From an uncultured Bacteroidaceae bacterium (GTDB lineage Bacteria > Bacteroidota > Bacteroidia > Bacteroidales > GCA-2748055): a DNA stretch of 64,000 nt. Where the stretch lies: NCBI GenBank assembly GCA_964538375.1, contig CAZIFQ010000003.1, forward strand, positions 130,439-194,438, given 5' to 3'. Below are positions 1 to 9,426 of the stretch, in pieces. A program made the translations under genes and the position numbers. The notes below the pieces were generated by a model. It saw only the letters and a program-made list of their open reading frames with translations. It was not told where the DNA came from and did not search any database. The first letter of the stretch is position 1; every line of letters starts with the position of its first letter.

Positions 1-189
1 CTTATTAGCCAGAACTTGAAAAACATTACGCAGCAAATTGAATCAGGTGAAGGCACCATGGGAAAATTGATTTATAATGACAGTCTTTATGATCATATTT
101 CTTCACTGAGTGCAGATCTCGATTCCTTGATTATTGACATCATTGATCATCCTGAAAAATATGTCCGATTTTCTGTGTTTGGGAAATAA
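1..189 (+). CDS. C-terminal end of MlaD/MCE-family protein (partial, runs off window start)
   Basis: Frame 1 reads ...IESGEGTMGKLIYNDSLYDHISSLSADLDSLIIDIIDHPEKYVRFSVFGK*, the typical C-terminus of Bacteroidota MCE proteins, which often lie next to dnaA. Confidence 0.75.
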   Translation, partial: LISQNLKNITQQIESGEGTMGKLIYNDSLYDHISSLSADLDSLIIDIIDHPEKYVRFSVFGK

Positions 190-545
190 TTTCCTATACT
201 TTTGGTGGAAATGCGAAGAATCTGATTTTTTGTTTTGACAACAGTGATGATTTTTATGACGAATGACATACTTAATTTTGCATGAAATCTAAAGCAACAA
301 TTTAATTATCACTCCTAAATGATTAATAAACAAATTCTTAAGATCGAAATACACTAAAAGCTTGATATTTAACTACTTGCAATTTTATTGAATTTTTTCT
401 CTTACTTAAACTGTTGACCTTAAATCCAATATAAAATAATTGAGAAATTCAAGTGCCAATACCCTTTTTTTATTACTTTTTTTTCACAATCTTTGTTCTA
501 CTTACATCGAACCCTCAATTTCTCAATTTAAAACGAACTTTCATA

Positions 546-1967
546 ATGCACGAACGCGTCTGGAAGAACTGTCTAAACATTATCAAGGACAATGTGCCCT
601 CAATTAGCTTTCGAACCTGGTTTGAGCCTATTGTTCCTCTAAAGTTAGAAGAAGATGTGTTAACCATACAGGTGCCCAGTCCTTTCTTTTATGAGTATCT
701 TGAAGAGCAGTACATAGATATACTGAGAAAAGTACTTTTAAAAGAGCTAGGAGAAAATGCAAAACTGGAGTACAATGTGGTTATGCAGAACAATAGCTAT
801 AATAATAATAAACCCTATACTGTTAAGTTTCCAGCAAAAAATAGTAAGGAAATTAAAAACAAACCTATAGCAATTCCTCTCGACACAAGTGAACAATCAA
901 TAAAGAATCCATTTATTATTCCCGGCATAAAGAAGATGGACATTGATCCACGCTTGAATCCCGGAAACTCATTCGATAATTTTATAGAAGGAGAATGTAA
1001 CAGGTTGGCACGCTCTGCCGGCTATGCAGTTGCGAACAATCCAGGTGGTACCGCTTTTAATCCCCTGTTAATTTATGGAGATAGTGGTTTAGGAAAAACA
1101 CACCTGGCCCAGGCCATTGGGATTGAGGTAAAAAATCATTTTCCAGACAAGACTGTCCTTTATGTAAATGCCAACAAGTTCCAAACGCAATTTGTAGATG
1201 CTATCCGTAACAACAATAAAAATGATTTCCTTCATTTTTACCAGATGATCGATGTGCTTATCATTGATGATGTACACGAATTTGCAGGCAAGGAGAAGAC
1301 CCAGGATACTTTCTTCCATATCTTCAATCACCTGCACCAAAGCGGTAAACAACTGGTTCTTACTTCAGACAAGCCACCTGTTGAATTGCAGGGACTTGAG
1401 CAGAGATTAATCAGCAGGTTCAAATGGGGACTGTCAGCTGACTTGCAATCGCCTGATTATGAGACTCGTATTGCTATACTAAAAAGAAAGACCTACAATG
1501 ATGGCATTGAAATGCCTGATGATGTACTTGAATATATTGCCACTCACATTACCGATAATGTCCGCGAACTTGAGGGTGCATTGATTTCTCTTCTTGCGCA
1601 GTCAACCCTGAATAAAAAAGAGATTACACTGGATCTTGCCAAGGATATGATTGATAAACTTATCAAGAATACCAAGAAGGAAATTTCGATTGACTATATC
1701 CAGAAAATCGTTTGCAGTTATTATAGCATTGGATTGGAACAACTTCAGTCCAAAACACGGAAGAGAGAAATTGTTCAGGCAAGACAGGTTGCTATGTTTT
1801 TCTCAAAGAGCTTAACAAAATCTTCGCTTGCAACTATTGGATCACAAATTGGCGGAAAAGATCATGCTACAGTTTTACATGCTTGTAAAACAGTGAATAA
1901 TTTAATCGAGACTGATAAACGTTTTCGAATACAGGTCGATGAGATTGAAAAGAAACTAAAAATGTAA
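546..1967 (+). CDS. dnaA: Chromosomal replication initiator protein DnaA
   Basis: N-terminal TWFEPI, Walker A GDSGLGKTHL, Walker B LIIDDVH, RELEGAL, domain IV RQVAM...GGKDHATVLHA. Start moved from ORF-track 453 to ATG 546 (MHERVW), which matches the usual DnaA N-terminus. Confidence 0.98.
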   Translation: MHERVWKNCLNIIKDNVPSISFRTWFEPIVPLKLEEDVLTIQVPSPFFYEYLEEQYIDILRKVLLKELGENAKLEYNVVMQNNSYNNNKPYTVKFPAKNSKEIKNKPIAIPLDTSEQSIKNPFIIPGIKKMDIDPRLNPGNSFDNFIEGECNRLARSAGYAVANNPGGTAFNPLLIYGDSGLGKTHLAQAIGIEVKNHFPDKTVLYVNANKFQTQFVDAIRNNNKNDFLHFYQMIDVLIIDDVHEFAGKEKTQDTFFHIFNHLHQSGKQLVLTSDKPPVELQGLEQRLISRFKWGLSADLQSPDYETRIAILKRKTYNDGIEMPDDVLEYIATHITDNVRELEGALISLLAQSTLNKKEITLDLAKDMIDKLIKNTKKEISIDYIQKIVCSYYSIGLEQLQSKTRKREIVQARQVAMFFSKSLTKSSLATIGSQIGGKDHATVLHACKTVNNLIETDKRFRIQVDEIEKKLKM

Positions 1968-1972
1968 AAAAC

Positions 1973-2007
1973 AAAACAGGTTCACAATTTGAACCTGTTT
2001 TTTTTAT
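1973..2007 (+). terminator. Intrinsic terminator after dnaA
   Basis: aaaacaggttca-caatt-tgaacctgtttt hairpin followed by a T run. Confidence 0.85.
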
Positions 2008-2017
2008 CTGAATAAAT

Positions 2018-2899
2018 ATGCACTACCTGATACTCTGTATCCTCTCATCTACCGGAATCTTTGTTGTATTCAAATTTCTCGACAGAAAAGATGTCCTCCC
2101 CTTCCCTGTTATCGTTATCAATTACCTCATCGCCTCCTTGTTTGGTTTTCTGATTAACTCAGCAGATTTTTCATTGAAATCAATCATTTCCCAGCCATGG
2201 CTGCCGATTTCATTTTTAATAGGAGTCTTATTTATTGTTTTGTTTTTCGTTATTGCCAGATCTTCCAGGGTTGCCGGAATCTCAGTTACAACAGTAGCCA
2301 GCAAGATGTCAGTTGTATTTCCCATTATCTTCTCGATGCTCATTGATTCAAGTGATGTGTTGACGCTTACTAAGCTATTGGCAATAATTATTGCCCTAAT
2401 AGGTGTGCTTCTTACCGTCTATACGCCAAGCTCGAATTCCGTACTGATGAAGAAGATTACCCTTCCCCTTATACTTTTTATTGGAATGGGAATTGTTGAT
2501 TCTTTGGTAAAATTTGCACAGCACCAGTATGTTGAAAATTCTGACAAGGCATTATTCAGCGCTGTTCTGTTTTTTATTGCCTTTCTTACGGGAATACTTA
2601 TTCTGCCGTTCAAGAAAGGAATGATTGGACATTTTAAAAAGGCAGCCACGTGGTTTTGGGGAATTGTATTGGGGATCGTAAATTTCGGATCGATCTACCT
2701 TTTAGTATCAGCATTGAACCATGTAAACAACAATGAGATTAGAACGGATAGCTCAGTAATATTTGGACTCAATAACATAGGTATCGTTGGACTGAGCATT
2801 CTTGTCGGACTATTGATTTTTTCTGAGAAACTTAAATTAATTAACTGGATTGGCATTGCCCTTTCTGTAGTATCTATACTTTTGTTTACTATTGCGTAG
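2018..2899 (+). CDS. EamA/DMT-family membrane transporter
   Basis: About 10 hydrophobic helices in two repeats; DMT-like C-terminal GLLIFSEKLKLINWIGIAL. Confidence 0.8.
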   Translation: MHYLILCILSSTGIFVVFKFLDRKDVLPFPVIVINYLIASLFGFLINSADFSLKSIISQPWLPISFLIGVLFIVLFFVIARSSRVAGISVTTVASKMSVVFPIIFSMLIDSSDVLTLTKLLAIIIALIGVLLTVYTPSSNSVLMKKITLPLILFIGMGIVDSLVKFAQHQYVENSDKALFSAVLFFIAFLTGILILPFKKGMIGHFKKAATWFWGIVLGIVNFGSIYLLVSALNHVNNNEIRTDSSVIFGLNNIGIVGLSILVGLLIFSEKLKLINWIGIALSVVSILLFTIA

Positions 2900-2901
2900 T
2901 T

Positions 2902-3507
2902 ATGAAAGAGAGTTACTTCACTATAGAAAAAGAATCGCACGGACTTTTCAAGGACCGTGGAAGTAAATTCTTATCTTTTGCCTATCCTGTCACAACTGAA
3001 GATGAGATCAAAAATCATCTTGATAAACTACGAAAAGAATACCACGATGCCAGGCATCATTGCTATGGCTGGAGATTAAACCCAGACAATAGTTTATCTC
3101 GTGCGAATGACGATGGTGAACCATCAAATAGCGCAGGAAAGCCAATCCTCAATCAGATTGAATCGAAGAAGCTAAGCAATGTTCTTGTGGTGGTCATAAG
3201 ATACTTCGGAGGAACTTTACTTGGTGTAGGCGGATTAATAAATGCCTATCGTACTGCGGCGGCTGAGGCACTGGAAAATAACAGAATTATTAAGAAATAT
3301 ATTTATAAATCATACAAAATTAGTTTCCATTATGGCTTAATGAATGCTGTAATGAAAATTATCAAGGAACATGACCTGGAGAATTTCGACCACGAGTTTG
3401 AGATGAGTTGTTCCCTGAAAGTTAATATCAGAATTATATTGGCAGAAAAGGTCCTGGATCAATTCAAATTGATTGATGGATGTGAGCTCGAAGAACTCGA
3501 TTTATAA
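2902..3507 (+). CDS. yigZ: YigZ/IMPACT family protein
   Basis: KDRGSKF, ARHHCYG, NDDGEPSNSAGKPIL, VIRYFGGTLLGVGGLINAY motifs. Confidence 0.93.
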   Translation: MKESYFTIEKESHGLFKDRGSKFLSFAYPVTTEDEIKNHLDKLRKEYHDARHHCYGWRLNPDNSLSRANDDGEPSNSAGKPILNQIESKKLSNVLVVVIRYFGGTLLGVGGLINAYRTAAAEALENNRIIKKYIYKSYKISFHYGLMNAVMKIIKEHDLENFDHEFEMSCSLKVNIRIILAEKVLDQFKLIDGCELEELDL

Positions 3508-3556
3508 TATTTATAAATATGTTATCAACATTATAAAAATCAAAAGTTGTCAATTG

Positions 3557-3564
3557 TATATTTG
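3557..3564 (+). promoter_or_regulatory. Bacteroidota sigma-A -7 element upstream of pyrBI
   Basis: TATATTTG matches the TAnnTTTG consensus about 107 nt upstream of the pyrB start. Confidence 0.55.
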
Positions 3565-3671
3565 TAACTAAATATTTATTACCACATGAAGCATCCATTC
3601 AATTTTTTCTGGTAAAGGAATGGCTATGATAAGGAAGATCCATGTGAACATTAAAAATCAATTATCTCCAC

Positions 3672-4580
3672 ATGAAAAATAAGAGTTTAGTTTCCATCTA
3701 TGATTTCACAAAGGACGATTACTTGAAGATTCTGGATCTTGCTGCTGAGTTTGAAAAGAATCCAACGCAGGAAATACTGAATGGATATGTAATTGCCACC
3801 CTGTTTTTTGAGCCCTCGACAAGAACACGCCTAAGTTTTGAAAGCGCAGTAAATCGCCTGGGTGGAAAGGTAATTGGATTTTCTGATTCCACATCAACCA
3901 GTGCTGCCAAGGGTGAGTCACTTCGTGATACTATTCGTATCGTGAGTAACTATAGTGATCTCATCGTTATGAGGCATCCGCTTGAGGGAAGCGCAAGATT
4001 AGCCAGTGAATTTGCTACTGTCCCGATTGTTAATGCCGGCGATGGAGCCAATCAGCATCCCACGCAAACCTTACTGGATATGTTCTCAATTCAGAAAACA
4101 CAGGGAACACTTGACAACCTGAACATCTTCCTTGTCGGCGACCTGAAGTACGGCCGTACTGTGCACTCCCTGCTGATGGCTATGTCGGAATTCAATACAA
4201 CATTCTATTTTGTCTCTCCCGACGAATTGAGAATGCCTGAAGAATATAAAATACTTTTGGATAAAAAGGGATTGAAATATCATGAGTTCCGTGATTTTAA
4301 AGAGACTGTTGAAGATGCAGATATCATTTATATGACCCGGGTGCAGCAGGAAAGATTTACTGATCCTATTGAATATGAAAGAGTGAAAAATGCGTTTATC
4401 CTTGAAAAATCAATGATAGAAAATTCAAGGGAAAATATGAAAGTGCTTCATCCCCTTCCACGCGTCAATGAAATTGCGTTGGATGTTGATGATACTCCAC
4501 AGGCCTACTATTTTCCACAAGCTCTGAATGGCGTTTATACACGTCAGGCGATTATAACTTCAATTTTGGGACTCAAATAA
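3672..4580 (+). CDS. pyrB: Aspartate carbamoyltransferase catalytic subunit
   Basis: [38 protein letters not shown] motifs. Confidence 0.98.
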   Translation: MKNKSLVSIYDFTKDDYLKILDLAAEFEKNPTQEILNGYVIATLFFEPSTRTRLSFESAVNRLGGKVIGFSDSTSTSAAKGESLRDTIRIVSNYSDLIVMRHPLEGSARLASEFATVPIVNAGDGANQHPTQTLLDMFSIQKTQGTLDNLNIFLVGDLKYGRTVHSLLMAMSEFNTTFYFVSPDELRMPEEYKILLDKKGLKYHEFRDFKETVEDADIIYMTRVQQERFTDPIEYERVKNAFILEKSMIENSRENMKVLHPLPRVNEIALDVDDTPQAYYFPQALNGVYTRQAIITSILGLK

Positions 4581-4587
4581 TACTACA

Positions 4588-5043
4588 ATGAAAGACAAAC
4601 AACTGAGCGTTAGCGCCATTAAAGAAGGAACAGTAATAGACCATATTCCAGCAGGAAGCCTCTTTAAAGTAATATCAATTTTGAAGCTAGACAAACTGGA
4701 TACAATGGTGACATTCGGAAATGGTTTTGAAAGTAAACAATTAGGTAAAAAAGGAATCATCAAGTTATCCAACGTTTTCTTTGATACTGAAGACATAAAT
4801 AAAATTGCTCTTGTAGCTCCTTCTGCTAAACTTAATATAATCAGGAACTTTGAAGTGGTAGAAAAAATGAAGGTAGAAATACCCGATGAGATAACTGGCA
4901 TTATTAAATGTGTAAACCCAAAGTGCATTACAAATAGTGAAACTGTTACCACTAAGTTCACAGTTATCTCAAAAGAGAAAGTTCAACTCAAGTGTCACTA
5001 TTGTGAAAAGATAACGAGCCAGGCAAACCTCAATATGGTCTGA
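4588..5043 (+). CDS. pyrI: Aspartate carbamoyltransferase regulatory subunit
   Basis: VSAIKEGTVIDHI, Zn-binding C-VNPKC-ITN ... CHYCE; follows pyrB after 7 nt. Confidence 0.97.
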   Translation: MKDKQLSVSAIKEGTVIDHIPAGSLFKVISILKLDKLDTMVTFGNGFESKQLGKKGIIKLSNVFFDTEDINKIALVAPSAKLNIIRNFEVVEKMKVEIPDEITGIIKCVNPKCITNSETVTTKFTVISKEKVQLKCHYCEKITSQANLNMV

Positions 5044-5050
5044 CAAGTAT

Positions 5051-5120
5051 AAAGGAAAAGGGAAAAAGGAAAAAGTAACGACCACTTTTTCCTTTTTCCC
5101 TTTTCCTTTTTCCTTTTTCC
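5051..5120. terminator. Long purine/pyrimidine inverted repeat; probable bidirectional terminator
   Basis: Perfect 26-bp stem (5051-5076 with 5084-5109), 7-nt loop, between convergent pyrI and DUF4293 genes. Confidence 0.75.
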
Positions 5121-5131
5121 CTGGTCCTTGT

Positions 5132-5590
5132 CTACCGAATTCTATCAGCTGCTTTTATAAGCAGTTCATCTTTTTGTATTCCTTTAAATGCCAGGAACAA
5201 TAAGACCAGCATTATTGGTGGTATCACTAAGCGCCATTGAAAAACAAACTGCAGACCATCAAAATTATGCATGATGTAACTTACATAATAGTATGACAAT
5301 CCAATCAAGCCAATATTAAATATCATAAGAAAGATTGTCAATCTTATCTGTCTTGGCCTGTTCTTGTATGAAAAGATTGTCAAAAAAGACAAGAGGGCTG
5401 ATATAGCAAGCATTACAGTAACCGGCCAGGTAGAAACAGCAAGTTTCTCACCCTGCAGATCGAATGCACCGTGATGCTTGAAATAGATCCCCCCTTCTTC
5501 CAGGTTAATAAATGCAAGAGGGCCTGTGAACAATAGAACTGACAAAACAAAAACTATTAGCAGATATAAAGACTGTCTGCGTTGAATCAT
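5132..5590 (-). CDS. DUF4293-family membrane protein
   Basis: MIQRRQSLYL start, IFSYKNRPRQIRL, C-terminal IQKDELLIKAADRIR; four TM helices. Confidence 0.85.
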   Translation of the reverse strand: MIQRRQSLYLLIVFVLSVLLFTGPLAFINLEEGGIYFKHHGAFDLQGEKLAVSTWPVTVMLAISALLSFLTIFSYKNRPRQIRLTIFLMIFNIGLIGLSYYYVSYIMHNFDGLQFVFQWRLVIPPIMLVLLFLAFKGIQKDELLIKAADRIR

Positions 5591-5602
5591 CTTAATCCAG
5601 TT

Positions 5603-6418
5603 TTAATTGTTCCCTAAAATTAATGGCAAGCCCTCGTCTCCACCTCCAATAACTATTACCTTGGTATTTGGAGATTTTGCAAGCTCAATTGTTGCATCGA
5701 TACCTTTCTGAGTTAATATTCTGTCAGATAAAGATGCGGTAATAATCTTGTTGTAATCAGCAATACCTTGTGCTTCAATTCTCTTTTTGTCTGCTTCACT
5801 TTTTGCTTTTTCGAGTGTATACTGATAGGTAAGTGCAGCTTGCTGTTCCTCTAATTTAGTCTCAATAGCATTCTTGATCGTTTCAGGAAGGATAATTGAA
5901 CGAATGAGCAAATCTTTCATCGTAATATCTTTAGCTGCCAATGCCAATCTAGCCGCCTCAATAATATCATCCTCTACCTGGGCTCGTTTTGTAGAATATA
6001 TCTCCTCTGCAGTATATCTGCCAGTTACCGCTCTTACAGCAGATCTAACATTTGGAATAACCATAACAGATACATAGTCTTGTCCAATATTTTCGTGTAG
6101 GTATCCAATCTTATTGTACATAGGATTGAAGATCACTGTCACATCCACTTTGAGTGACAGACCACCTTTATCCAGTACATCCATCTGTTCTTCACTTTTT
6201 TGCTCTTTGACATCATACTTGATAATATCATTCCAGGGAGCAACAACATGGAAACCAGGAATAATGATATTCTCTTTATCCAGTCCGCCGGCAAATTTCT
6301 TAAAAATTACAGCGCGTTCACCTGGTCTGATAGTATAAAACATTTTGCTTCCAAAAAGGAGCAATAGAACCAAAACAATTGCCCCGGTTACAACCAAAAC
6401 TTGTGTTTTCTTATTCAT
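5603..6418 (-). CDS. SPFH/prohibitin (band 7) family protein
   Basis: N-terminal TM anchor, IRPGERAVIF, PNVRSAVRAVTGRYTAEEIYS, coiled coil, RIEAQGIA. Confidence 0.92.
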   Translation of the reverse strand: MNKKTQVLVVTGAIVLVLLLLFGSKMFYTIRPGERAVIFKKFAGGLDKENIIIPGFHVVAPWNDIIKYDVKEQKSEEQMDVLDKGGLSLKVDVTVIFNPMYNKIGYLHENIGQDYVSVMVIPNVRSAVRAVTGRYTAEEIYSTKRAQVEDDIIEAARLALAAKDITMKDLLIRSIILPETIKNAIETKLEEQQAALTYQYTLEKAKSEADKKRIEAQGIADYNKIITASLSDRILTQKGIDATIELAKSPNTKVIVIGGGDEGLPLILGNN

Positions 6419-6539
6419 AATTATTTTTTTTAAGTGATATTTATTTTCAGATCATTGTTTAAATAAACATATCAATTGTTTATAACGCCTTGAAGGCAGC
6501 TACAAAAATACATTAAATTTGCAGAGTAACTAAGTTTTA

Positions 6540-7430
6540 ATGAAAAAGGAACATCTTTCAAAATCGGAGCTGGTACTCACACCAGATAAAAGTATATACC
6601 ACCTGCATCTAAAACCAGATCAGATTGCTGACATAGTATTTCTGGTTGGTGATCCGGGAAGAGTACAAATCATGTCATCATTGTTTGATTCAGTTGAACA
6701 CAGAATTGAGAATCGTGAGTTTGTAACACACACAGGGTATTACAGAAAGAAGCGAATCTCTGTGGTTTCAACAGGAATCGGTACAGACAATATTGATATC
6801 GTGGTTAATGAATTAGATGCCCTGGTCAATATTGATTTTGACACCAGGGAAGTGAAAAAGGAAAAGAAATCACTCAAACTCATTCGAATTGGAACCAGCG
6901 GTGCCATGCATGCTGAAATAGAACCAGGTTCTGTCATTGTTTCAGATATTTCATGTGGATTAGACAATCTGCTGCATTACTACAAAGGTTTGCATGAGAT
7001 TTCCGACACAGCCATGGGTGATAGTTTTATGAAGCACATGAGTTGGAACAAGGAAAACTCCAATCCCTACTTCATTCATGCCTCAAATGATCTTGTTTCC
7101 CTGTTAAATGGAAAGGCATTTTTCCATGGGATCACGCTCTCTGCCCCTGGATTTTATGCGCCACAAGGTAGGTCCTTACGAATGGCTATTGCTGATCCGG
7201 ATTACATTGAGAAAGTAAGTAGCTTCAGGTACAATAATTTACGAATCAATAATTTTGAAATGGAGGGTTCAGCATTGTGTGGATTATCAAAGATACTTGG
7301 CCACCAAGCAGTAACAATCTGCATTGCCCTTGCAAACCGAATTACAGGCCGCTTTATTACTGAATATCAACCCATGGTAAAAGTATTACTTCAAGATGTT
7401 CTGGATAAAATTTGCAGCATAGATGAGTAG
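6540..7430 (+). CDS. Nucleoside phosphorylase (uridine phosphorylase-like, PNP_UDP_1)
   Basis: VGDPGRV, STGIGTDNIDIV, RIGTSG, GFYAPQGR, NFEME motifs. Confidence 0.92.
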   Translation: MKKEHLSKSELVLTPDKSIYHLHLKPDQIADIVFLVGDPGRVQIMSSLFDSVEHRIENREFVTHTGYYRKKRISVVSTGIGTDNIDIVVNELDALVNIDFDTREVKKEKKSLKLIRIGTSGAMHAEIEPGSVIVSDISCGLDNLLHYYKGLHEISDTAMGDSFMKHMSWNKENSNPYFIHASNDLVSLLNGKAFFHGITLSAPGFYAPQGRSLRMAIADPDYIEKVSSFRYNNLRINNFEMEGSALCGLSKILGHQAVTICIALANRITGRFITEYQPMVKVLLQDVLDKICSIDE

Positions 7431-8304
7431 CATCTCTTCTGAAATACAGGCATTGATTACTCTTCTTGATGATCCTGACGGATCAATACATAATTGCGTT
7501 ATTGAGCGTCTGGAAGAAATTGGAGAAGAAGTAATAAAACCACTTGAAAAATCATGGGAATCTACCTTGTCTCCGCCGGCGCAGTCGCGGATTGAAGACA
7601 TTATAAGAAACATACAACACAATACCATTCGAATCGATATGCAGCAATGGATTGATACCGGGGGAGAAAATCTATTATTCGGAGCATACCTATTGGCTAA
7701 AATTCAATATCCTGAACTCGAATATGAACATTTAAATATGCAAATTGAAGCGCTTCGCTCGCAGATATGGCTGGAATTGAATGATCATTTAACTGCCCTT
7801 GAAAAAGTCAAGGTGATCAATTATTTTCTTTTCACCATACATAAGTTCAGCCGAAGCAGCAGAGGTATGACAATGCCTCAGCTTTTTTTTATTAATCATG
7901 TACTGGATACTCATAAAGGAAGTCCGGTTATCCTTGGCATTATTTATGCCGAAATTGCGTCCAGACTTGATCTCTCCATTAAAGGTGTAAATTTGCCAAT
8001 GAATTTTGTGTTGTGCTATCATGATCCCGGCTATCTTGATGATCCTGATGGAGTAATGTTTTACATTCATCCATACAGTAACGGTGATATTCTTGGTAGA
8101 AACGAACTGGAATATTTCTTAACTGAGCAGAAAATTGACATGAAACCGGCGTACTTAAAACCATGTACTCACATTGACATACTTATCCGTTTGGCTGAAA
8201 ACCTGATATATGCATATACCAGTTCAAAAAAGGAAGAGAAAACTGCAATTTTAAAAGAGATGCGTGATATGCTTTGGGAAAGACGATCAAATCAAACCTG
8301 GTAA
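7423..8304 (+). CDS. Transglutaminase-like/SirB1 (Transglut_core2) family protein
   Basis: ALITLLDDPD start; FFINHVLDTHKGSPVILGIIY and GVNLPMNF match the SirB1-like core; 8-bp overlap with the upstream gene. Confidence 0.75.
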   Translation: MSSISSEIQALITLLDDPDGSIHNCVIERLEEIGEEVIKPLEKSWESTLSPPAQSRIEDIIRNIQHNTIRIDMQQWIDTGGENLLFGAYLLAKIQYPELEYEHLNMQIEALRSQIWLELNDHLTALEKVKVINYFLFTIHKFSRSSRGMTMPQLFFINHVLDTHKGSPVILGIIYAEIASRLDLSIKGVNLPMNFVLCYHDPGYLDDPDGVMFYIHPYSNGDILGRNELEYFLTEQKIDMKPAYLKPCTHIDILIRLAENLIYAYTSSKKEEKTAILKEMRDMLWERRSNQTW

Positions 8305-9347
8305 TACTCTTTGTACCAATTAATAAACTTACTTATCCCCTCTTCGATCGATGTATCTGGCTTATAATTGTAATTCGAGACAAGTGCATCCACATCAGCC
8401 CAGGTTTTCTCCACATCACCTGCTTGTATGGGCACTAAGATTCTCTCTGCCTCTTTGCCAGTTGCTTTTTCTATGGCATCTATAAAATCCATCAGTCGAA
8501 CCGGATTGTTATTACCAATATTATACAAGCGATAAGGAGCTGTTGAAGATGAAGGATCAGGCATGGCTGAATTCCATTCTGCATTTCCGACAGGTGGGTT
8601 TTCTACCATACGGCTTATTCCTGTGACGATATCATCTACATAGGTAAAGTCTCGTTCCATCTTACCATGGTTAAATACCTCGATAGGCCTACCTTCAAGA
8701 ATGGCTTTTGTAAAAATAAACAGTGCCATATCCGGGCGCCCCCATGGTCCATATACAGTAAAGAAACGAAGTCCAATTGTAGGTATACCAAATAGGTGGC
8801 TGTAAGTATGTGCCATCAGTTCGTTACTCTTCTTGCTTGCTGCGTATAAGCTTACTGGGTGATCAACATTAGAACTAACAGAGAAGGGCATGGTTGTATT
8901 CAGTCCGTATACGCTACTACTGCTGGCATAAATTAAATTTTCCACCGGGTGAAATCGGCAAGCTTCAAGAATATTCAGGAAACCTGTAATATTACTTCCA
9001 ATATAAACTTCTGGATTAGTAAGACTGTATCTCACTCCTGCCTGGGCTGCCAGGTTTATAACAACATCGAATTTCTCATCGGAAAACAACTTATCGATGC
9101 CTTCTTTATCTTCCAGCTTTAATTGTATGAACTGGTAATTATCATTTGTCGAGCTGTGTACGATCTTTCCATACGAAACATCTTCCTCTGCTACACCGGC
9201 ATGCTTCAGTCGGGAATATTTCAATGAAAGCTCATAGTAATTATTAACTTCATCCAGGCCTGTTACCTGGTGTCCTTCATCAAGCAATTTATTTGCAAGG
9301 TGAAACCCTATGAATCCTGCAGTTCCGGTAATAAGGATCTTCTTCAT
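8292..9347 (-). CDS. NAD-dependent epimerase (UDP-glucuronate 4-epimerase-like, extended SDR)
   Basis: ILITGTAGFIG, LAAQAGVRYS, YASSSSVYG, YAASK, LRFFTVYGPWGRPDMA, RDFTYVDD. Confidence 0.93.
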   Translation of the reverse strand: MKKILITGTAGFIGFHLANKLLDEGHQVTGLDEVNNYYELSLKYSRLKHAGVAEEDVSYGKIVHSSTNDNYQFIQLKLEDKEGIDKLFSDEKFDVVINLAAQAGVRYSLTNPEVYIGSNITGFLNILEACRFHPVENLIYASSSSVYGLNTTMPFSVSSNVDHPVSLYAASKKSNELMAHTYSHLFGIPTIGLRFFTVYGPWGRPDMALFIFTKAILEGRPIEVFNHGKMERDFTYVDDIVTGISRMVENPPVGNAEWNSAMPDPSSSTAPYRLYNIGNNNPVRLMDFIDAIEKATGKEAERILVPIQAGDVEKTWADVDALVSNYNYKPDTSIEEGISKFINWYKEYYQV

Positions 9348-9359
9348 TGTTCTTTAACC

Positions 9360-9385
9360 AGATGAGGCATGCCTCATCTTTTACA
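9360..9385. repeat. REP-like palindrome with GAGGCATGCCTC core
   Basis: Perfect 20-bp palindrome agatgaggcatgcctcatct (9360-9379); the same 12-bp core recurs at 42839-42850. Confidence 0.7.
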
Positions 9386-9426
9386 AAAAGCTTCGATTAT
9401 TATTCTTTTTCATCCTTCCCCTCTAC

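Noticed and set aside
190-545. Possible oriC upstream of dnaA
   Set aside because: Only one relaxed DnaA box (TTTTTCACA, 480-488). Other near-boxes (3522, 6477, 12035) are isolated with no cluster; GC-skew analysis would be needed
453-545. N-terminal extensions given by the ORF track (dnaA, also M23, ADH, HTCS, SusC, 29055, 52427, 53771, 57455, 60130)
   Set aside because: Downstream ATGs restore family-typical N-termini or signal peptides; the extensions look like translated UTR
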